Source: Candidatus Obscuribacterales bacterium
GTDB taxonomy: Bacteria > Cyanobacteriota > Vampirovibrionia > Obscuribacterales > Obscuribacteraceae
DNA length: 64,000 bases
Reading direction: 5' to 3'
Assembly: GCA_965228855.1 (NCBI GenBank)
Contig: CBDDIJ010000003.1
Location: forward strand, 2,624,001-2,688,000
The translations under genes were made by a program, and so were the position numbers. The notes under the pieces are model-generated. The model searched no databases, had not been told where the DNA came from, and worked only from the letters and a program-made list of their open reading frames with translations. Each line of letters begins with the position of its first letter. Position 1 is the stretch's first letter. This document shows positions 56,862-64,000 of this stretch, piece by piece.

Positions 56862-57821
56862 GTGCAAAACCCAGCAGAGAAAACTTTTGTCGCAATCGCT
56901 CTCGCCATGACTCTGGCGATGACACCACTTGCGGTGCAGGCTCACGCCACCGACTCCGGTTCGGACAAAAACACCGCAGCGCAGGCGAAGAAGAAAGAAA
57001 CTCCGCCATTTCCGATTGGAAACAAAGTAAGTCGCACGGTTCAAACCGTGACCGGTGTCAACTGGCTAACCGGCGTCGTTGCGGGCAAAGTGGCTGGGGC
57101 TGTAATTCGCCATAAAGTCGGCGGCAAAGTGAAAGTCAAAGTGAAGACGTATTCGTTCACTGACCTGTGTGCCGGAAAGATCAAAGCGGTCGATGTGAAA
57201 CTCGCAAACCCGCAGGTGGAAGGCATAGAGCTGGGCAACATAGATGTCTCGGCACAAAATCCCGTATGGTTCAGCCCCTGGAAGGGGAAGAACAAAAAGC
57301 GAGGTTTGAATAATCCGGTCAACATTGTCGTAAAAGGTGATCTAAGCCAAGATGAAGTGGCCAAGGCACTTGCGAGTCAGGAAATTACAAAGGCTATTCG
57401 AGGTTTCAAACTCGATCTGCCAGGTCTGGGCGACCAGGAGTTGGAAGTTTTAGATCCGAAAGTAGACATCGAAAATCGAGTAGTAAAAATCAACGGGACT
57501 CTCGTAACACGAGGCGCAAACAAAGACACCGGGGTTCCGATAACAATTTCGGCGACTCCAAAGCTGGTGGCAAACAACGAAGTATTTCTGGAGAACATGA
57601 AGGTCGATTCGCCTTACATAGTCGAGCCGGAAAAATTCGCACAGTTTATGTCAGACCTGCTCAATCCTATCGTCCGCTTCTCTAGATACGATCGGAAAAC
57701 CCATGCCTTCAGGCTCTTTGCGCTCAACGTCGAAGACGACGTCGTTAAGGGCGAAGGAAATCTGTTACTGGTACCCAAAGACTATAAGCCACAAGTGGCA
57801 AAGACGGCGCCGTCGCTGTAG
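56862..57821 (+). CDS. DUF2993/LmeA-like exported protein
   Basis: Signal peptide (AHA); VKVKT.S..DL.AGKI.AV pattern; start uncertain. Confidence 0.6.
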   Translation: MQNPAEKTFVAIALAMTLAMTPLAVQAHATDSGSDKNTAAQAKKKETPPFPIGNKVSRTVQTVTGVNWLTGVVAGKVAGAVIRHKVGGKVKVKVKTYSFTDLCAGKIKAVDVKLANPQVEGIELGNIDVSAQNPVWFSPWKGKNKKRGLNNPVNIVVKGDLSQDEVAKALASQEITKAIRGFKLDLPGLGDQELEVLDPKVDIENRVVKINGTLVTRGANKDTGVPITISATPKLVANNEVFLENMKVDSPYIVEPEKFAQFMSDLLNPIVRFSRYDRKTHAFRLFALNVEDDVVKGEGNLLLVPKDYKPQVAKTAPSL

Positions 57822-57958
57822 TCTTGAAGCGTTAGATAACAGCCGGTTAAATCGAGTTGCCAAGACAAACAAGATTCGATAAATAGGCTACAGAAAGCAG
57901 ATATGATGAGTTCATGCATCATCTGGTTGGATTATTGAACTAGAAACTGGAGCAACAG

Positions 57959-58555
57959 ATGAATAAATCGAGATCAGGATTAAAGGTGGCCCAGTCCAGC
58001 CTGTCAAAAGGAATCGCCACGTGCCTGACACTTGCAATTGCAGCGTCGTCGCTCAGCTCATGCGGTTTCTTTCCACTGGGAAATGGCGGTGGACCGCGCG
58101 CGATGAAGAGCGTAACGGCAGAACCCTATGTTCCACGCGGTAAGGATTTGAAGGTATTTTTCGTTCGCGAAGCAAACAACCAACTAGATATTGTTCCTAT
58201 CTCCCGCCCGAAGTACAGCAGCGACGCGCTCACGGGAGCTATCGAGGAATTGCTTCAGGGACCGGATAACAGCGAGGTATCTAAGGGAGTCGGCACCGAA
58301 ATTCCGAGAGGAACGATTCTGCTTGGTATCAAACGTAGTGGCGACAATATTGAACTGAATCTGTCGAAGAGATTTGCTGCCAGTGCCGGTCCAACATCGA
58401 TGGAGACTCGGCTGGAGCAGCTCTCGCGCACAGTAAAGGCAGTTGAAGGCGACGTTGATGTCTACGTTAACATTGAAGGCGAACGCCTTACAGCGACCAG
58501 CGCTGACGGTTTAGAGATCGCACAACCGATCAATCAGCAACCGGAGTTCAACTAA
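57959..58555 (+). CDS. GerMN-domain lipoprotein
   Basis: Lipobox LSSC; AIEELLQGP, TEIPRGT.LL, NLS..F, QL..T, IEGE. Confidence 0.85.
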   Translation: MNKSRSGLKVAQSSLSKGIATCLTLAIAASSLSSCGFFPLGNGGGPRAMKSVTAEPYVPRGKDLKVFFVREANNQLDIVPISRPKYSSDALTGAIEELLQGPDNSEVSKGVGTEIPRGTILLGIKRSGDNIELNLSKRFAASAGPTSMETRLEQLSRTVKAVEGDVDVYVNIEGERLTATSADGLEIAQPINQQPEFN

Positions 58556-58712
58556 AAGCGACAAATCGCCGACTTATGGGTTATTCTATAAGTCAGGGGA
58601 TGAAACCCCGCGTAAAGGTCCGTAACACGAAGCGCTCTCGACGGCTCCGGAGGCGACCCCTCTGGTATGATCAGTGATTCGTGTGCCAAAGTTATCAATT
58701 GGAAGTTCAGTC

Positions 58713-58937
58713 ATGAAAGAAGGCATTCATCCTAAATACTTTGACGTCGTAGCAACTTGCGTCTGCGGCGGGGAAGTTCAGTTGGGCTCGACCCAACAGA
58801 ACATCAGAGTAGAAATCTGCAGCTCCTGCCACCCGTTCTACACCGGTCAGCAAAAGATTGTTGACACGGAAGGACGCGTTGATAGATTCGTCAAGCGCTA
58901 CTCCAAAGTCAAAAAAGAAGAAGCAAAAGTTAAATAA
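58713..58937 (+). CDS. rpmE: 50S ribosomal protein L31 (Zn-binding type)
   Basis: MKEGIHPKY..CVCG..EICSSCHPFYTG..GRVDRF. Confidence 0.97.
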   Translation: MKEGIHPKYFDVVATCVCGGEVQLGSTQQNIRVEICSSCHPFYTGQQKIVDTEGRVDRFVKRYSKVKKEEAKVK

Positions 58938-58970
58938 GCTCCGTCTTATTTACACTGCATTCAGGCTTCT

Positions 58971-59011
58971 GAAACCTGGCAAGCTACCTTGCCGGGTTTC
59001 TGTTCTTTTTT
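58971..59011 (+). terminator. Intrinsic terminator after rpmE
   Basis: GAAACCTGGCAAG-CTAC-CTTGCCGGGTTTC followed by TGTTCTTTTTT. Confidence 0.8.
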
Positions 59012-59119
59012 AAAACAACGACAAACGCCAATCGCGGGCTATACTTGTTCGGATAGGATGCCGGAAAATCCTCGCCCTCGGTGCGGCGGATTCGCCGGAA
59101 GATAAGGACGAGGTGCCGA

Positions 59120-59863
59120 ATGCTCGCACAACGAAATAAGCTTGAAGTCAAAGACCGCCTAATTGTTGCTCTCGATGTTTCTTCAGTCGATGAAGCCAAA
59201 AAAATAGTCACCGATCTTAAAGACCATGTAGGCATGTTCAAAATGGGTTTGGAACTCTATACTCACGCGGGTCTGGAGCTGTTTGAACTTATGCGATCGG
59301 AGGGCATCAAGGTCTTCTTCGACGGCAAATTCCACGATATTCCGAACACCGCAGCCCAGGCGTCGCGCAACATTACCCGTCAGGGTGTCTCAATGTTCAA
59401 TGTTCATGCCACCGGCGGCAGTGCGATGATGAAAGCGGCAGTTGAAGCCAGCGCGGAGGCTGCAAAAGAGAAAGACTTCGAACGACCCTATCTAATAGCA
59501 GTTACGGTTTTGACAAGCATGGGTCCTGAAACCGTTCGCGACGAACTCAAAGTGAACGATGAGGTTTTGAACTACGTCACCCATCTAGCCAAGTTGACTA
59601 AGCAGAGTGGCCTCGATGGAGTGGTGGCATCAGCAAGAGAAGCGGCATCGATTCGCAAAGCGTGCGGCGATGACTTCTTAATAGTAACTCCAGGAATCCG
59701 CCCGCAATGGGCGGCGACGAACGATCAGAATCGTATCGTCACGCCGGCACAAGCACTGAAAGATGGTGCGGACTTCCTGGTAATCGGAAGACCGATCACC
59801 GCAGCAAGTGACAGAAAGTCTGCGGCGCAAAAGGTTCTCGAAGAGATGAGCAGCGCATTCTAA
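59120..59863 (+). CDS. pyrF: Orotidine-5'-phosphate decarboxylase
   Basis: LIVALD, DGKFHDIPNT, AVTVLTS, VTPGIR, VIGRPIT. Confidence 0.96.
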   Translation: MLAQRNKLEVKDRLIVALDVSSVDEAKKIVTDLKDHVGMFKMGLELYTHAGLELFELMRSEGIKVFFDGKFHDIPNTAAQASRNITRQGVSMFNVHATGGSAMMKAAVEASAEAAKEKDFERPYLIAVTVLTSMGPETVRDELKVNDEVLNYVTHLAKLTKQSGLDGVVASAREAASIRKACGDDFLIVTPGIRPQWAATNDQNRIVTPAQALKDGADFLVIGRPITAASDRKSAAQKVLEEMSSAF

Positions 59864-59876
59864 AAGGCTAACCGGT

Positions 59877-62324
59877 TCAAACTAGTTCCGAACTGCCTTC
59901 GTCGAAGAAATCGTTTATCTCATTGCGAAGCTCTTCCACATTCTGGTGCCTGGCCTCAAGCGACATCGCAGTGGCGCGAGCGACCAGCAAATCCATATTG
60001 TCGGAAACAGCCTCGTTGATTCGCTTCGGATGAGAGACGCTGATAGGCTCAGGCTCCGTCGCCGTCAACAGATAATGCAACGTTGCTCCGAGTGAATACA
60101 AATCGCTTTGTGCAACGGGAGTTCCGCGAAATTGTTCCGGAGGGAGATAGGCGTGCTTGCCGACGACGGTGCCAGTCGCAGTCGAGTCGGTTTGCTGCGC
60201 CACATTAAAGTCGACAAGTTTCAACTTACCATCAGGACGCAAAATTAGATTATCAGGTGTAAAGTCTCGATGCACCACCGGCGGTTCTAAGCCATGCAAG
60301 TATTTGAGCATAGTGCACATCTGTTTAGCAAGCCCTAAGACCTGTTTCTCCGACAGGGCACCCTGCTCTTCAACAATCTGCTTGAGAGATTTTCCTTCGA
60401 TATGCTCAAGCACCAGATAACTTCGATGGTCCTCAACGAAAAAATCGAGAAGTTTTACAATTTGATCGTGATCGAGTTGCTTGAGAATCCGTGCCTCGTT
60501 CTCAAAGCGCTCCAGTGCCTGTCTTCGTACAGATACTTCGACGTAGACGGGCAGGATAAACTCTTTTAAAACGACAGTGCCTTTGGCATGCAAATCGTTG
60601 GCGAGATAAGCAGTTCCCTGACCACCAACGCCGAGCTGACCGAGAACTTCAAATCGCTTATCCTGCAGAGAAGCGCCATCCGACAGCGGTTTAAACCTCT
60701 CACGCTTTGGAGGAGCGGCCAGCGCCTGCAACCACAATTCCGTATAGCTATGGTCAGCCGGTCGCTGTAGTATTTGCAAAACGGAGGCATCTCGTTCAAC
60801 GCCTGGTGCGTAGCGCTCGATGGCTTTCAAAATCCGCTCCCTATCATCGACTTGCATGACGGACGAAAGCTTAATTTTGACGTTTCGATCTGCACCTTTA
60901 TCACCGCCTGCATCGAACAGCAAACACTGATCCGCAGGAGATGTTTTTCCTTTTGGCATGAACAACCGGATTTTGTGGAACGCACTCCACTTGATGTAGT
61001 CTCCGTTTACATCGATAATCGAATGGCGCCAGAGATACCGAATTCCTTTTGCGCTGAATCCGATATGAGTAGGTTTCAGCAAGTAAAGGAACCCACCAAT
61101 TCCGCAAATTCCAAGTAGGAATGTTTGAAAAACGTTCAAGAAGTTGATAGTAGGTCCGGAGCTGGCAGCAGTGGCCGCTGCTGTTGCGACTCCTGGAACA
61201 TGAGTCAGATTATCGAGACACCACTGTGGCGCTCCGACAAGAAAAAATATCGCCACCGTAGCAATCAAAAACATCAATTTCTTATTACTGCGCTCTTTCA
61301 TTCTATGCTTAAACCAGCGCTCCCAATCTGCAAAGGCGCGGTAACGAACGATCATGTCGTCGTCTGAAACCTTTGGAGGAGAATTTTTCGCTCGTTCGGA
61401 ATAAATACGAAAATCTCGGTCGAGCATCGCAGCTGCGACTATTCGTCGTTTCAACAAATAGAAACCAAGGTACTGGGCGACGATAAATACGAGGGCGAAA
61501 ACCACCGAATATACGTTCGGATCGACCAGAAATGTACTTCGAGTGAGAGCGCCATTAAAACGGGAAAGAGTAAACGTGATGATACTCGAGCCGATGACTA
61601 CAATCGGACTGAGATTGAACAATAGACCGATTCCAAAATGCTTAATCCAGGCGGGAACACCACTGTCGACGCCATGCCGTTTTTCAATTTGACTCAAAGT
61701 AATCGACGAGGAAATCGGCCACTTCCACTGGTAAATCGTATACGCGACCAGCAAGAGGGCCCAAACAGCAAGCGGAAAGTATCCGAGTGACGGAGGCATG
61801 TTGAACATTCTAATCGGAAGCATCACGAGAGCGAATATCAACATCGCGTAAACAGGCACAGGAGCCATGTTCAAAATCCTGAGCGGTTTGATATTGGTCG
61901 CACCATGAACATCGACCATCGCCCGCGCCGTCCGATAGCTAGCAAACGTCCAGTAGAAGTACGAAAAGATGATCATAGCAAAGGGGTCATTGCAACCTGC
62001 GATGAAAAAGATGATTGCTGGTAGAAGCGTCGGCAGCCTTTTCAGAGCCTTAAACTTTGACTCATTTGGGTCGACCTTATTTTCCCCTGATTTCTCGCTC
62101 ACCAAACCCAGCAGTTCATCGCCGGTCGCGTCCGTCGTCTGTTCTTTTGCACTGACGTTCGAAACTGCAGCTAACGGTTCAGTAATCGATGATACCGCTG
62201 ATGATATCAAACGCTCTTCTTCCGGGTCGGAAACCTTGAGCTTAATCCCTGGTTCTGCATTGGCAATCAGTTCTGGATTCAATCCCTCACGAGCCTTCTC
62301 CGGTTCGTGATTAAAATCACTCAT
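59877..62324 (-). CDS. Multi-TM membrane Ser/Thr kinase (atypical HRDFTPDN/DFN)
   Basis: Several TM helices, then GVGGQG, VLKE, HRDFTPDN, YLPPEQ; ATGAGTGA overlap with the upstream gene. Confidence 0.88.
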   Translation of the reverse strand: MSDFNHEPEKAREGLNPELIANAEPGIKLKVSDPEEERLISSAVSSITEPLAAVSNVSAKEQTTDATGDELLGLVSEKSGENKVDPNESKFKALKRLPTLLPAIIFFIAGCNDPFAMIIFSYFYWTFASYRTARAMVDVHGATNIKPLRILNMAPVPVYAMLIFALVMLPIRMFNMPPSLGYFPLAVWALLLVAYTIYQWKWPISSSITLSQIEKRHGVDSGVPAWIKHFGIGLLFNLSPIVVIGSSIITFTLSRFNGALTRSTFLVDPNVYSVVFALVFIVAQYLGFYLLKRRIVAAAMLDRDFRIYSERAKNSPPKVSDDDMIVRYRAFADWERWFKHRMKERSNKKLMFLIATVAIFFLVGAPQWCLDNLTHVPGVATAAATAASSGPTINFLNVFQTFLLGICGIGGFLYLLKPTHIGFSAKGIRYLWRHSIIDVNGDYIKWSAFHKIRLFMPKGKTSPADQCLLFDAGGDKGADRNVKIKLSSVMQVDDRERILKAIERYAPGVERDASVLQILQRPADHSYTELWLQALAAPPKRERFKPLSDGASLQDKRFEVLGQLGVGGQGTAYLANDLHAKGTVVLKEFILPVYVEVSVRRQALERFENEARILKQLDHDQIVKLLDFFVEDHRSYLVLEHIEGKSLKQIVEEQGALSEKQVLGLAKQMCTMLKYLHGLEPPVVHRDFTPDNLILRPDGKLKLVDFNVAQQTDSTATGTVVGKHAYLPPEQFRGTPVAQSDLYSLGATLHYLLTATEPEPISVSHPKRINEAVSDNMDLLVARATAMSLEARHQNVEELRNEINDFFDEGSSELV

Positions 62325-63795
62325 GCGGAGCACCTCCTGAAACCAGGTCTCCGGCATCATCAGCGGACACCGAACCCGGAGACGACTCAGGCTCCTCGAT
62401 CTTTAAATTTTGGAGTTGCTCCAGAAGCGCGGTTGCCGATTCAAAACGATCTTCCGGTTCAAATTCCGTGAGTTTGGCGACAAGGTTGTCGAAGCTTTGA
62501 GAAACTTCGGGTAAAGCCTTCTTCGGATGCGCCACCGAAAGTGGTGTCGGGTCACGACCGACCAGCATATAAAAAAGCGAGCAACCAAGAGAATACAAGT
62601 CACTTTGCTGAGTAGCTTTTCCTCTCAACTGCTCTGGCGGCATATAAGCCTGCTTTCCGACCAGTGTGCCGGTAGCCTGACCTATAAACTCATTAGCGAC
62701 GCCGAAGTCGATTAAGACAACTTCTCCGTCGTTACGCAGTACCAAGTTATCCGGCGTCAAATCTCGGTGAATAATTGGCGGTTCTTGCGCATGCAAGTAT
62801 TCAACGATGCTAGATATCTGCTCCGCCCATGTGAGAACCTGGTCCTGCTTCTGAGGACCATTCTGTTTCACATACTGGCGCAAGTCCTGACCGTGAACGT
62901 ATTCCAAAAGCAAGTAATGCCGCCCGGCTTCAACGAAGTGGTCGAGCACGCGAGCAATATTGCCGTGCTGGAGGCGCATCAGAAGTTTCGCCTCTCGAAC
63001 GATTCTATCCTCAGCACGCTTCTTCGACTCTTCATCTGCATTCGGCGGAATCACCGCTTCCTTTACCACAACGATATCCAGATTGTTCAGTTGGGCTTGA
63101 TAGATCGCGGAGAGACCGCCAAAAGCAAGCTGCTTCGTAATTTTGAGTGCACCATCACGAAGCACCGCATCCGGTTCTAGAGGAACAAACGACGTAGCGT
63201 TGAAACGCCTGCTCAATTCCTCTTCCCACATCTGGGTGTGACTGAGTTGATTGACGCCTCGAATCTCATTCTGCAAGCGGGTTTGATAATCTATGAGCAG
63301 AGGCGAACGATTGCAGTTAGTCCCCCAAAGTTCAATCGCCAACAAAAGTTGCTCTCTATCACCGGTATCGATGCCACCAAGATTAATACCAACGTTTCCA
63401 GAGTCAAAGGTCAAAAACAGTTTGCCTTCAGGGTCAGAATTGTCAGAAAGCAGTGTTGCGTCCTTGAGCTCAGCCCACGAGCGGTTTCGTCGCATATTCA
63501 AGAACGGCATGAAGAACAACGGAAAAATTATGCCGTCTTTTGAAACGTAGAGCTTATCATCCTCAGTAACGGCAGTTAAAATCAAGCCCAGAAGATTGAC
63601 AGTGAGCAAGCCGAAACAGATTATCAGCGTAGCGACGGATGTAGCAATATGAGGGTTTCGATAAACGTAACCAATGAAGAGCCCAAGAAGAATCGGTGCG
63701 AGCAAGCCCCACACGGGGAACAACGCGCACATAACACCGAAGCCAGCGCGCGTGGGTGCGGTCTTGTACCGGACAGAAAGCTCAAGCTCCGCCAT
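62317..63795 (-). CDS. Two-TM membrane Ser/Thr kinase (HRDLTPDN)
   Basis: Two TM helices; VVKE, HRDLTPDN, DFG, YMPPEQ. Confidence 0.88.
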   Translation of the reverse strand: MAELELSVRYKTAPTRAGFGVMCALFPVWGLLAPILLGLFIGYVYRNPHIATSVATLIICFGLLTVNLLGLILTAVTEDDKLYVSKDGIIFPLFFMPFLNMRRNRSWAELKDATLLSDNSDPEGKLFLTFDSGNVGINLGGIDTGDREQLLLAIELWGTNCNRSPLLIDYQTRLQNEIRGVNQLSHTQMWEEELSRRFNATSFVPLEPDAVLRDGALKITKQLAFGGLSAIYQAQLNNLDIVVVKEAVIPPNADEESKKRAEDRIVREAKLLMRLQHGNIARVLDHFVEAGRHYLLLEYVHGQDLRQYVKQNGPQKQDQVLTWAEQISSIVEYLHAQEPPIIHRDLTPDNLVLRNDGEVVLIDFGVANEFIGQATGTLVGKQAYMPPEQLRGKATQQSDLYSLGCSLFYMLVGRDPTPLSVAHPKKALPEVSQSFDNLVAKLTEFEPEDRFESATALLEQLQNLKIEEPESSPGSVSADDAGDLVSGGAPHE

Positions 63796-64000
63796 TTACT
63801 CTAAAGCCTACAACCAGATGATGATCACGTTTCCACTGATCGAATACCCGTCCGGTTGCTCATTTAACCCCACTGGAGGCGCCTTCAGTAATAAATCTCC
63901 AAGTCCGTGTAGCTTGCAGGAAACCTGTGGAACGTTAACAGAACAGGTTTACACGTTCAAACCTACTTTGCGGATCCAACATGGCTGAGATAATCATCGA

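Overview
A 64-kb bacterial chromosomal window, gene-dense, with no rRNA, tRNA, CRISPR array or transposase that I could see. The mix of cyanobacteria-like genes (DUF2993/LmeA-like, GerMN, PlmA-like GntR, cyanobacterial-type RpoB architecture), many TPR proteins and Hanks kinases, and no photosynthesis genes suggests a non-photosynthetic Cyanobacteriota relative (Vampirovibrionia/Melainabacteria, possibly Obscuribacterales); this is inference only. Housekeeping genes include trxB, grpE-dnaK-dnaJ, thrS, dnaB (two inteins), acsA, folC, rpmE and pyrF. Main observations: (1) a strongly diverged orphan RNA polymerase beta-subunit paralog (44579-48370). It has no rplL/rpoC neighbours, keeps the catalytic motifs, has a remodelled rifamycin pocket and flap tip plus a ~200-aa acidic tail, and is translationally coupled into a cluster with a secreted TPR protein, a T4SS-pilin-like membrane protein, a secreted protein and a degenerate replication-relaxation-like protein, followed by an RlpA-like gene. 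This is a candidate alternative-RNAP system. (2) An ArsC/Spx-like selenoprotein (UxxC, in-frame TGA plus a SECIS-like hairpin) that the ORF track truncates. (3) A Thr-rich leader-peptide attenuator upstream of thrS. (4) A ~670-bp nested, structured non-coding repeat array with compensatory base changes. All family assignments come from motif recognition by eye; no searches were run.
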